A stretch of 18,919 nucleotides of DNA from a virus (taxonomy: Duplodnaviria > Heunggongvirae > Uroviricota > Caudoviricetes), in the IMG/VR virus record IMGVR_UViG_2563366942_000019; one strand, written 5' to 3'. The position numbers were made by a program, and so were the translations under genes. Positions 8,303-16,480 of the stretch are shown here, one piece after another. The number at the start of each line of letters is the position of its first letter. The first letter of the stretch is position 1. The notes beneath the pieces were generated by a model that worked only from the letters and a program-made list of their open reading frames with translations, made no database searches and was not told the origin of the DNA.

Positions 8303-9255
8303 TACCAGCTCCTGGTAATGGTTACGGCAGCAAGCTGGCTCACTGCGGGAGTGGTTTGTTGTACCGTTGTACGTGCCTGCTCAACCAACGACGTGGCTTT
8401 ATCGAACGTCGCTTCGGCGATGTCGCTGGTAATGTCGTCGAAAAGCGCCTGAGCATGGTCAACCAGCGTACTGGCGTCATTGGCGCAGTCCCGGATACCT
8501 GGCATGTTACCCAGTAAAGCTTTAATCTGCGCCGACAACGCTTTTGGTAGGCCTGCCAGCGTTTGCAGATCCATTGGCTGTTTAAACAGGGTTTCGATGG
8601 CGTCGATTGTCTTTTTCAATGACGTAATTATCTTTTCACACTTTTCTTTTAACGCTTTGGCCTCTTTAATCATTGCTTTCACTTTTGCCACCGTTTTTTT
8701 AATATCTTCAATGGATTGTGTCAGTTCATCCAGCATCTCTTTGGCCTTACGCATACCTTCTTCAATGGCGTTTAATATCTGATCAAACCAGGACTCCACC
8801 TTGTCGGGAAAATCGCTCGCCTTTTCCTCGATGTTGGGCTCCTGGGTGGTAATCGCCGGAGGTAAAAGTGGATTTTTAGGATCGCCGGTGTACTCCTGGA
8901 GCGACATCGTTCCGTTTTGGGCAATCACATTGCCCCAGGGATCGGTGTGCTGGTGGGTGGCGGTTAGCTCCGTAATCACAAACCAGCCGCGATAATCGCC
9001 ATTGCCAAATACCAGTGCCATCGCCTTGTGAGCAAGCATGGCTTCACGCAGTCGGTTCAGCTCTGTTGTGGGCTGGCAAAACTGGCTGTGCAGGGAAAAT
9101 TCCAGCGCCAGCATATCCAGCTTATCGCCAATAAACTGCACGCCGGGTTTGCCTTCTATACGGGCATGTGTGGCGTAATCCACGCCCATTGTGCTTTTAA
9201 AGCCGTCCCAGAATGTGACAACCTTAAATTCAATCTCTCCTAAAACGGCATACAT
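8302..9255 (-). CDS. Tail protein with gpU-like N-terminal domain and Lys/Glu-rich coiled-coil C-terminal extension (Mu gp43/N-like)
   Basis: 317 aa; N-terminus MYAVLGEIEFKVV... resembles P2 gpU. The C-terminal ~180 aa are heptad-like and K/E/A-rich (EEGMRKAKEMLDELTQSIEDIKKTVAKVKAMIKEAKALKEKCEKIITSLKK...). ATGA overlap with the tape-measure stop at 9255. Confidence 0.55.
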   Translation of the reverse strand: MYAVLGEIEFKVVTFWDGFKSTMGVDYATHARIEGKPGVQFIGDKLDMLALEFSLHSQFCQPTTELNRLREAMLAHKAMALVFGNGDYRGWFVITELTATHQHTDPWGNVIAQNGTMSLQEYTGDPKNPLLPPAITTQEPNIEEKASDFPDKVESWFDQILNAIEEGMRKAKEMLDELTQSIEDIKKTVAKVKAMIKEAKALKEKCEKIITSLKKTIDAIETLFKQPMDLQTLAGLPKALSAQIKALLGNMPGIRDCANDASTLVDHAQALFDDITSDIAEATFDKATSLVEQARTTVQQTTPAVSQLAAVTITRSW

Positions 9256-11630
9256 CAGGCATACCCCCGGCGCTGTTGTTGCGCCATTACGTCGTTAATC
9301 ATTCTTTCCAGTTCGCGTTTACTCATCGTCAACACGTTCTGAATCTCTTTAGTGGTGTTTTGTCCGTTTCCCTGCACGGTAATCTGTGGCGAAAAATTTA
9401 CCTGGACTTTTCCTGAGGAACGGGAGGGTAGCGTCGCCGGTTTGGTTACGGATTTACCAGGTAAAGAGGCAGATACGGGTTTGGCGGCTGTATTTTTTGC
9501 CGCTGGCGCCGATGACGGCGTAGCCGTTTTGCCGGATGGCGCGAGTTGTTTGCCCACCGGCGGCGTTAAAATCGCACCGGCAACGCCTGGAACAACGGTC
9601 GCGGGGGAGACGGATGCGGTATTAGTCGTGCTTGTAATAGCTGTAGCCGATCCTTCTGTACTAATACCCATCGTGGTTTTTAGCCAGTCTGGGATGGCGT
9701 TTTTTACCTGATCAATAATGCCTTTCAGAGCGGGGAAGGCATTCATTATGCCGTCAACCAGACTGCCCAGAAGATTGCTGCCGAACTCGCTAAAACTTGC
9801 AGGCATCTCGACACCAAACCAATTCATCACACTGGAAAAGGCGCTATAGAACAACTCCAGCGGTGACCAGTCGAGAATCAACCGACAAATTCCTGCAATG
9901 CCGCCGTCAAAGGCCGTGGTGATACGTTGCCAGATGGTCGAAAAGAACCTGGAGATAGGCTCCCAGTTGCGACAAATCAGATAAGCAGCGCCCGCAATCG
10001 CAGTGATGACCAGACCAATGGGATTCATCAATAAAACCCTACCCAACCAGAAGACGGTCTGACCTACCTGTTTCAGTGCGCCAATCAGGCCACGACCAAG
10101 CAGTTGCATTAGCCATTTTGCGCTGCCACCCAATGACTTAACCGCTGATAGCATCTTACTTGCCCCGCCTGTGAGCGCCAGACTTGCCTTGACTTTCAGG
10201 AAGATATCGACCAGACGAATAAACGGCGAGGTGATGAGGTTCGCGCCCAGCTTTAAAACATTCAGCGCGCCGTTAAACAGCCAAACCGCCCCGACGATTT
10301 TCGCAATGTTTTGCACCAGCGCCGGATGTTCGCGTAGCCAGGCGCTGAACTGGCGAATAACCGGCGTAAGGCTTTGTGCCAGCTCGCCAATCGCCGGCAT
10401 AAGCTGCAAACCAATGCTGAGCCATAAATCATTTAATGCCAGCTGTAACGCTTTAGTCTGTTCAATGGGCGAGGCCATTTGCGCAGAAAAGTCAGCGTTA
10501 ATCAGATTCTTGCTGGTGGCTTGCATGGCAGAGGCTTTTAACTGGCGATATTCCTCCATATTCGCCAGCATAGGTGCCAGGAATTCCACCGTTTGCGCAT
10601 CGCCGAACATTTCGCCCAGATTAAATTGCGTTACCATCGATTGCAGCGCATTGCTGCGAGCAGATAAATCTTCAATCTGCATAGTGCGTTTGAAGGTGTC
10701 GAGGATCGCCGGATTCATCTTCTCAAGCTGCATTTGTACGATATGAGTCATGGCTTCGCTAACACCCATACCGTTTTGCTGATGTTCAAGCAGAGAGCCT
10801 TGCAGATCGACGCCCTGGCTGGCGAACCAGCTATCGGTTTTTTTCGAAAAGGTGGTTTGCAGAAAGTGGTCGAAATTCTCCGCCGCCGCACTGGCGCTGG
10901 CCCCGTTTTTCATGGCGATCTGCATGGTGGCGCTCAGTTCAGCCATACCTTCCAGACCCTGAGCGCCGGTTTTACCTGCAAATTTCTCTATCCACTGCGT
11001 TTGTTCAGCAATGGCAGGCCCACCGCTTTTGCTAATGCCGTACATCATGTTTTGCGCGGCGTGGAAATTTTCCAGGGCAATATTCAGTCGATCATGGGTT
11101 GCGAGCGCGGCATTCGCCCATGTTTCAGCACTTTCGCGCGTGGCGGTGGCAGCTTTGGCGATCTCCGGCATATAACGGTTGAGATCCTGTATCGACGACA
11201 AATTGCCTTCGATCAGCGTTTGGGCTGCGTTCTGTAAGGTGGTCTGCTGCTGGTTAAAATCCATGCTCCAGTCGCGCAGATTAAGGCTGAGCGTCTCGCG
11301 GGTTGTAGCATTCATCCCACCTTTGGTCGCCATATTGACCATGTTGTCCTGAAACTCATACGGCAACTTCCAGTCGGGGGCTTCAACATTGAATACTTTG
11401 CTAAATTGCCCGGCAAATGTTTGGGTTTTCTCCATCAGATTAGCGCGGCTGCGGCTATTTTCCTCCAGGCGGAGAGCGGAATCGGCAAGCTGCTGCGTTA
11501 GTTTGATAACTGTCGCCTGCTGAGTAGAGAGAGTTAACAATGTTCTGGCGTTGAGTGAGCCGTAACGGGCTATTGCCTGCGTCAACGTCTCATTACGCGC
11601 CTGAAGCTGGGTAATAATATCGTTGGCCAA
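9255..11630 (-). CDS. Tail tape measure protein
   Basis: 791 aa; largest ORF; helical Ala/Gln/Leu-rich body with hydrophobic segments and a Ser/Thr/Pro/Ala-rich low-complexity C-terminus. Located after the tube and chaperone genes as in all contractile tails. Confidence 0.85.
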   Translation of the reverse strand: MANDIITQLQARNETLTQAIARYGSLNARTLLTLSTQQATVIKLTQQLADSALRLEENSRSRANLMEKTQTFAGQFSKVFNVEAPDWKLPYEFQDNMVNMATKGGMNATTRETLSLNLRDWSMDFNQQQTTLQNAAQTLIEGNLSSIQDLNRYMPEIAKAATATRESAETWANAALATHDRLNIALENFHAAQNMMYGISKSGGPAIAEQTQWIEKFAGKTGAQGLEGMAELSATMQIAMKNGASASAAAENFDHFLQTTFSKKTDSWFASQGVDLQGSLLEHQQNGMGVSEAMTHIVQMQLEKMNPAILDTFKRTMQIEDLSARSNALQSMVTQFNLGEMFGDAQTVEFLAPMLANMEEYRQLKASAMQATSKNLINADFSAQMASPIEQTKALQLALNDLWLSIGLQLMPAIGELAQSLTPVIRQFSAWLREHPALVQNIAKIVGAVWLFNGALNVLKLGANLITSPFIRLVDIFLKVKASLALTGGASKMLSAVKSLGGSAKWLMQLLGRGLIGALKQVGQTVFWLGRVLLMNPIGLVITAIAGAAYLICRNWEPISRFFSTIWQRITTAFDGGIAGICRLILDWSPLELFYSAFSSVMNWFGVEMPASFSEFGSNLLGSLVDGIMNAFPALKGIIDQVKNAIPDWLKTTMGISTEGSATAITSTTNTASVSPATVVPGVAGAILTPPVGKQLAPSGKTATPSSAPAAKNTAAKPVSASLPGKSVTKPATLPSRSSGKVQVNFSPQITVQGNGQNTTKEIQNVLTMSKRELERMINDVMAQQQRRGYA

Positions 11631-11819
11631 AATTGTTTCTCTTTAAATATTGATAATGGCCCGCTGGTTATTTTTCTAAAAAAAGGGGCAGGGAAGAAAT
11701 AAACCTGACGGGCTTGGGAAACTCGCAGACATCAGGTCTGCGAGTCATATTCGATTTTTATTTGGGCGCTGGCTTCATCCAGCCAGTTGCTAAAGTCATC
11801 GACGGTAAGGGCGTCTATC

Positions 11820-12137
11820 TCACTGGGTGGAAAGCGAAACCATCTCGCCAGTAACGCCATCGCTTGCCATAACAGTGGCGGATTCTGTAGCCACGCTAAG
11901 CATGGATTGAAATCGTTTCTGCAATGCCTGGTAATCCAGCAAATCCATTTCAGCTAAATCTTCTGGCACCAGTCCGGTCATTGCCGCCATTAGCGGTTCA
12001 TCCCACTCTTCAGGTTTTTCGCTGATCCGGCGCGCGTTGCGCATATCTTTTACTTTCAGGCGACGTAATTGCAGAGTGTTAATTACGTCTCCCGCCGCTG
12101 AAGTAAACGGGAACTGTAAGATATAATGTTCTTTCAT
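11820..12137 (-). CDS. Tail assembly chaperone (P2 gpE / Mu gp41-like)
   Basis: 105 aa acidic protein between the tube and tape-measure genes, the conserved slot for the tape-measure chaperone. The -1 frame stays open for about 33 codons past its stop. Confidence 0.55.
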   Translation of the reverse strand: MKEHYILQFPFTSAAGDVINTLQLRRLKVKDMRNARRISEKPEEWDEPLMAAMTGLVPEDLAEMDLLDYQALQKRFQSMLSVATESATVMASDGVTGEMVSLSTQ

Positions 12138-12162
12138 TTTGTGTCCTTATTTATTTTGCAAA

Positions 12163-12182
12163 GTTCGGGGCCGTAGCCCCGA
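12163..12182 (-). other. Stem-loop directly after the tail tube gene stop (possible attenuator or RNA-stabilising hairpin)
   Basis: ttcggggc-cgta-gccccgaa perfect 8-bp GC-rich stem between the tube stop (12188) and chaperone start (12137). No clear U-tract on the minus strand. Confidence 0.4.
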
Positions 12183-12187
12183 ATAAC

Positions 12188-12712
12188 TTAGCCACCGATG
12201 TTATTGCGATAGGTACTTAATTGATCCACACCATTAACCCGGAAAATATTGGCCATATAATCAAGTTCAAGCAGCGTTTCACCATCAACTACTTGTTTAA
12301 TATAAGTGCAACCAAAGGCGCTGCTGAATTCCGGGTTTTCATTCTGTTTAAATGTGCCCAGTGGATTCTTTTTAAACATCACGGTTAAATGTGTCACTAG
12401 CGCTAATTGATTCGCTTTCCCCTGGGAGTTATAGCAATCAATACTGGAGCGGCACTGTAATGCAACCGCCTGCCACGGGTTTGCCGTTTTACGCATTACG
12501 TCCTGATAGAAGGAGTTCCATTTAATTTCGCCCTCCAGTTTATCGAAACCCGCCGGGAGTTCGATTTTACCCACCATGCCCAGTGCTTTATGCTCCTGCA
12601 TAATTAAACTGACATCCGGCAATTTAATTTCGGTTGCACGACCTAAAAGGTTATTACCATCGAGATAAATATTGGCGTTGGTAATACGGTTAATTTGAAT
12701 TTTTCCAGCCAT
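12188..12712 (-). CDS. Tail tube protein (P2 FII / Mu M-like)
   Basis: 174 aa; size and position immediately downstream of the sheath gene (1-nt overlap at 12712). Confidence 0.8.
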   Translation of the reverse strand: MAGKIQINRITNANIYLDGNNLLGRATEIKLPDVSLIMQEHKALGMVGKIELPAGFDKLEGEIKWNSFYQDVMRKTANPWQAVALQCRSSIDCYNSQGKANQLALVTHLTVMFKKNPLGTFKQNENPEFSSAFGCTYIKQVVDGETLLELDYMANIFRVNGVDQLSTYRNNIGG

Positions 12713-14142
12713 TAGCTATTGCTCTCCAGAGAGACTAAATATTCAGAAGTAATTTCAGTTTCAAACGTCAGACGTTCCAGCGGCGGCGGCGGGGTGAATT
12801 TATAGCTCAGCAATAAATGCCCAGCGCTGAGTTCAGTCGGTGAATTTCGCGCCGGATCGTACCAGCATTCAAAGCCAAGCAGTGCGCCGTCGGCAATCAG
12901 CTTACGGCCCCAGGTATTTACCGATTCGGTCAGGGCATCAATCAGCGCCTGATTAATCGGCATATCAATATACTGCTGACTGAAATAACGGATTGACTCA
13001 TTAATTACATCGCCTGTCCGGCGGACGTTTTCAAAGTTACGCATATGGGTCACGGTAGGCCACGCTGCAGTGCGGTTGCCCCACAAGCGCAGACCAGAGC
13101 CGTAACTATTGAAAATAGTGGTAATGCCGTTTTCGTTTAGCTGATTCACTTCGCTTTGTGGATCATCAATCATTGCGGAAAGCGAACGTTCAATACCGGT
13201 AATACCCTGAATTTCTTGGTTTGAGTTGCTCCACCAGAAACCTTTTTCGAGGTCTACTTTGGCACGTAGCCCGGCAGCGCGCGAAGAGAGCGGTTCGAGA
13301 ACTTCTTGGTTAGTGATGCCATCGTAAACTTTGACGTGTGGGTAACATAAACGCGCACGATCAGAGCTGGTGTTGAAGTTGATAGCCCCTTGCGAACCGC
13401 GTCCTGCCAATACCTGCTGGAATGTCGTCCCAATCGGGGCATCAATGTAGGTAATCGCACCAAGTTTTTCCGCTTGTGCAATCAGCTCTGTAGTTACTGA
13501 TTTTTGCGTACAGAACACGGGAGCAAGCAGGATTTTGGCGTAGAAACCATACAGGTTATAGGTGTCCTGTAGCAGTTCCATCCCCGTGCGATCGCCTGCG
13601 GTATTAACGGCACCGATAATATCGGCTGCGGTGACCTTTGTAGGGTCGCACCAGGAATAATAGGCGCAAACTTTCGCACCAGGAGGAATGTCGGCTCCTG
13701 TACGGGTAATTATGCCTGTTTGTTCATCTACGCTAAATGCTGCGGTGTTATAGGTTGATGAATTTGATGAAGAGGGCTTTAGAACCACGTTACGCACATT
13801 GCGGTGAGTGAGTTTCGCCTGGTTGTTAGCATCAAAAGTGATACTTTCATTGCTGATGTTGGAGCCATGTTTTGCCGGATCCAGCACGTTAATCACCACC
13901 ACCGTACCGGCACCGTGGTCATAAATCGCCTTCAGTGCCTGTGGGATCGTAAAGTTAGTCTGAGTCGAACCAAACTGCGCAGCATCGCTTTCAGAAAGGC
14001 ATAATGTTGGTTTATTTACCGGACCACAGGGGGCCGTACCGATTAAAGCGATGACGGCGGATTTTACCGCTTTAACCGGACGCGGGCCGGTTTCAATTTC
14101 AATGGTTTCTACACCGTGCAGATAATTAGCTGCCATGTACAA
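12712..14142 (-). CDS. Contractile tail sheath protein (P2 FI / Mu L-like)
   Basis: 476 aa; N-terminus ...NYLHGVETIEIETGPRPV resembles the conserved sheath N-terminus; size and position are typical. Confidence 0.85.
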   Translation of the reverse strand: MYMAANYLHGVETIEIETGPRPVKAVKSAVIALIGTAPCGPVNKPTLCLSESDAAQFGSTQTNFTIPQALKAIYDHGAGTVVVINVLDPAKHGSNISNESITFDANNQAKLTHRNVRNVVLKPSSSNSSTYNTAAFSVDEQTGIITRTGADIPPGAKVCAYYSWCDPTKVTAADIIGAVNTAGDRTGMELLQDTYNLYGFYAKILLAPVFCTQKSVTTELIAQAEKLGAITYIDAPIGTTFQQVLAGRGSQGAINFNTSSDRARLCYPHVKVYDGITNQEVLEPLSSRAAGLRAKVDLEKGFWWSNSNQEIQGITGIERSLSAMIDDPQSEVNQLNENGITTIFNSYGSGLRLWGNRTAAWPTVTHMRNFENVRRTGDVINESIRYFSQQYIDMPINQALIDALTESVNTWGRKLIADGALLGFECWYDPARNSPTELSAGHLLLSYKFTPPPPLERLTFETEITSEYLVSLESNS

Positions 14143-14323
14143 TTTCCTCTCCGTTATTTTGTTCTTCCTGAGTGATGACAGGAGTCAGATGATTGCGGGC
14201 AATCATGGTCATGACCCACTCGTTGTCTTCTGGCAGATCAATTTCACTGTTCGGCCACAATAAGATTTCTTGTCCGTCGGCAAGGGTGACGCCGCTTGCC
14301 GGGCCGTTGTAGATGTATTTCAT
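14126..14323 (-). CDS. Small tail-associated protein (Mu gp37-like)
   Basis: 65 aa ORF overlapping the sheath start by 17 nt and the upstream gene by 4 nt, in the position of Mu gp37 just upstream of the sheath gene. Confidence 0.45.
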   Translation of the reverse strand: MKYIYNGPASGVTLADGQEILLWPNSEIDLPEDNEWVMTMIARNHLTPVITQEEQNNGEEIVHGS

Positions 14324-14775
14324 TCAGTTTCCTCGTAATTAACTTCAGTAAGCAGGGTAAGGTCCGTGCTTTCCCGTTTCGCGATAAACAGCGAGCTGGT
14401 CGCCATTTCCAGGATGTAGCGGCAGAAACCGCCGCTCTCACCTGTATTAATTTCTTTTTCAAGCCAAAGCAGACGATCGCAATCAGGAAGCTGAAGGCCA
14501 CCCAATGCGCTGCGTATGTGATCAAGTGCGTTTAACGCGTCACAATTTTTGCCAACAATAACGGTGGCGGTTAAGCGAAGTATTTGCTGTTGCACGATGG
14601 CATCACTGCTTTCGGGCGTGGTAAAGACAGAACCGCTATAATTAACAATCACCGCAACTTGTTGTGTCTGTGGAATATATTTCTGGGCATCCGTAGATGA
14701 AATAAATACGTCCATTTCGGGGTTGTGCTCACGTAATCTTGTCACGACACAATTCATTACAGATAAAATTTCCAT
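14320..14775 (-). CDS. Tail completion/terminator-type protein (Mu gp36-like)
   Basis: 151 aa, first gene after the intergenic region and terminator, in the position of Mu gp36 upstream of gp37 and the sheath gene. Confidence 0.45.
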   Translation of the reverse strand: MEILSVMNCVVTRLREHNPEMDVFISSTDAQKYIPQTQQVAVIVNYSGSVFTTPESSDAIVQQQILRLTATVIVGKNCDALNALDHIRSALGGLQLPDCDRLLWLEKEINTGESGGFCRYILEMATSSLFIAKRESTDLTLLTEVNYEETE

Positions 14776-14882
14776 ATAGGCTGTACCTTAATTACCGCTC
14801 ACTTCGTTATCGTTGAGATATATTCTGAAGCAGTGAAGGTGAAGAATCTTTTAATGTGATTTAGAGAAAAAATTGAATGGTT
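14776..14882 (-). promoter_or_regulatory. Putative promoter region for the tail operon (possibly activator-dependent)
   Basis: 107-nt AT-rich gap between the terminator and the first tail gene. No convincing sigma70 -35/-10 pair was found by eye, as would be expected for a Mor/C-dependent late promoter. Confidence 0.3.
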
Positions 14883-14920
14883 AAAAAAATCCCCACCCTT
14901 ACATAAGGGTGGGGATTTTT
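14883..14920 (-). terminator. Rho-independent (bidirectional) terminator after the lysis cassette
   Basis: ccccaccct-tacata-agggtgggg 9-bp stem flanked by aaaaaaa (14883-14889) and attttt (14915-14920). On the minus strand the stem is followed by a U7 tract. Abuts the stop of the 14920-15234 gene. Confidence 0.7.
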
Positions 14921-15234
14921 CAATAACTGCCACGTTGTAACAGCTCGATTTTGCTATATAAGGCATCCAGCTTCGCTTCTAATACTGCTTGCCCACGAAG
15001 ATAATCTTCTCTGCGGACATAATGCAGCGGAAGCTCGGCACGAAATTCGAGAAATTCTCTTTCCAGTTTCGACCAACTTGTTTCTGATTCCCTGCGGGCA
15101 TTTTCCAGAGACTCAAAACGCTCATTAAGTCGTTTTTCAATTTGTGCTAACAGCAGTTTTCCGGCAGCAAACATTAATCCAACGAAGGAAAGCATAAGGG
15201 AGATCACTTCCCAAAAATCGATACTGAGTTTCAT
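14920..15234 (-). CDS. Lysis-cassette membrane protein: N-terminal transmembrane helix plus coiled-coil (i-spanin-like, or Mu gp25 releasin-like)
   Basis: 104 aa; hydrophobic segment WEVISLMLSFVGLMFAAGKLLLA followed by a charged heptad region (EKRLNERFESLENARRESETSWSKLEREFLEFRAEL). Good RBS (agagggg) upstream; lies 12 nt after the transglycosylase stop. Confidence 0.45.
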   Translation of the reverse strand: MKLSIDFWEVISLMLSFVGLMFAAGKLLLAQIEKRLNERFESLENARRESETSWSKLEREFLEFRAELPLHYVRREDYLRGQAVLEAKLDALYSKIELLQRGSY

Positions 15235-15246
15235 CGGCCCCTCTGA

Positions 15247-15852
15247 TTAATGAAGACAGCTTGCCTGTCCCCAGAGTAAATAGCGGGCGGCATGTTGATA
15301 GAGGATCATCTTTGGATAGCGACGATTTTCTCGCCAGTTCGTGGCGCTGCGCCCGGCGTTGACTTGCTCAACATGACCAAACCAGCTAGTGGCATCTAAC
15401 CCTTTGGATGCAGCCAGTTTTTTATCCCGGTTAACCCACCCCTGACCGCCGTTATAGGCGCTTAGGGTAAACGCCATACGCTGACAATCATTTTTCGCAG
15501 AGATGTTTTTCCACAAATGCTGGTCATATTGCACCAGCGCGCGAATCGCCCAGGTTGGGTTATACGGTTTGTTTTCACGCAATTGTGGATACAACTGGCT
15601 TATCCATGTCGCTGTAGCAGGCATAAATTGCGCCATACCTTGTGCGCCAACGGGGGAACGTACCATTGGCTGCCAGGCGGACTCCTGGTGTAATTGCCCG
15701 GCAAAGTCGGCCACTGGAGCATTCAGCCCCCAGACTTCTCGAGCTGTACGAATTAGTTCGTTTCGCCATGCCAGAGAGGCTCGCGGCGGTTCAGAGGCGT
15801 TAAGCGGGAAAAGAACGAAAATAATCATAGACGCGATATATTTCAGCCACAT
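15247..15852 (-). CDS. Lytic transglycosylase (SLT domain) with N-terminal signal/SAR-like sequence; putative endolysin
   Basis: Start chosen at the internal ATG (15852-15850) giving MWLKYIASMIIFVLFPLNA. SLT family-1 motifs are present: HQESAW, GAQGMAQFMP, AYNGGQGW. The track ORF starting at 15930 would overlap the upstream gene by 76 nt. Confidence 0.75.
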   Translation of the reverse strand: MWLKYIASMIIFVLFPLNASEPPRASLAWRNELIRTAREVWGLNAPVADFAGQLHQESAWQPMVRSPVGAQGMAQFMPATATWISQLYPQLRENKPYNPTWAIRALVQYDQHLWKNISAKNDCQRMAFTLSAYNGGQGWVNRDKKLAASKGLDATSWFGHVEQVNAGRSATNWRENRRYPKMILYQHAARYLLWGQASCLH

Positions 15853-15854
15853 CA

Positions 15855-16142
15855 CTATAGCCCTAAGGCGACGGAAAGACAGACGGCGGCAACGATGATG
15901 GCGCGGCGAATCATTGCCGCCGCGCAGCAACGAGGTTCCTTCCAGGGGCTAAAAGAGTCAGGCCGTGCCCAGGGGAACAAACTGCGATCGAGCCAGTATC
16001 CCAGCACCGCGGAAAGCGAAACCAGGCTTAGTTTATAAATGACGACCGGGATCTGTGCTGAAGAGGTCCAGCCGATCACGACAAACAGCGCGACGGAAGC
16101 GACCAGCCAACCGGAAAGCCGGGGAAGAGTGACTTTTTTCAT
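15855..16142 (-). CDS. Small membrane protein with 2-3 hydrophobic segments (putative holin or pinholin)
   Basis: 95 aa; hydrophobic stretches LSGWLVASVALFVVIGW, LSLVSLSAVLGYWL and AIIVAAVCLSVALGL. Strong RBS (caggagataccgtATG). Directly precedes the transglycosylase gene. Confidence 0.45.
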   Translation of the reverse strand: MKKVTLPRLSGWLVASVALFVVIGWTSSAQIPVVIYKLSLVSLSAVLGYWLDRSLFPWARPDSFSPWKEPRCCAAAMIRRAIIVAAVCLSVALGL

Positions 16143-16437
16143 ACGGTATCTCCTGATAAGTGAGCGTTTAGTGTCGCCAGAACCCGCCAGTGAAGAATGA
16201 AAAAAGCTTTAATAAATAAGTTTAAAAAATAGATTCTCTATAAATGAACATGCCCGCTAATAAATCCACTCAGCAATTAAAGAGCAAAAGGTGACCTCGC
16301 GAATAAGCGCGTCATTATGCAGGGAAAAGATGATGGTGAATCGTAGGAATAGTCAGTAGTTATTTGATTTTTAAAGTTTGTTTAAGAAAGTCAGCGACTG
16401 TGAGGGAAACGATCTTTTTACACTACAGGTAAAAATA
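16143..16437 (-). promoter_or_regulatory. AT-rich region upstream of the lysis cassette, interrupted at its distal end by the IS
   Basis: 295-nt AT-rich non-coding stretch between the IS left end and the first lysis gene; presumed lysis/late promoter region. Confidence 0.3.
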
Positions 16438-16480
16438 ATACTGTATGTGCATGGGTCTTCCCCGATCATGGTGGGAAGAC

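Noticed and set aside
10171-11237. Plus-strand ORFs of 191 and 167 aa inside the tape-measure gene
   Set aside because: Antisense to the 791-aa tape-measure ORF; Cys/Ser/Arg-rich translations typical of reverse-frame artefacts.
14244-14535. ORFs of 93 aa (minus) and 79 aa (plus) overlapping the gp36/gp37-like genes
   Set aside because: Alternative-frame overlaps with better-supported co-oriented genes; Arg/Cys-rich translations.
15853-15930. Upstream start for the transglycosylase ORF (MLRGGNDSPRHHRCRR...)
   Set aside because: It overlaps the 3' end of the putative holin gene. The internal ATG at 15852 yields a clean signal peptide one codon after the holin stop.
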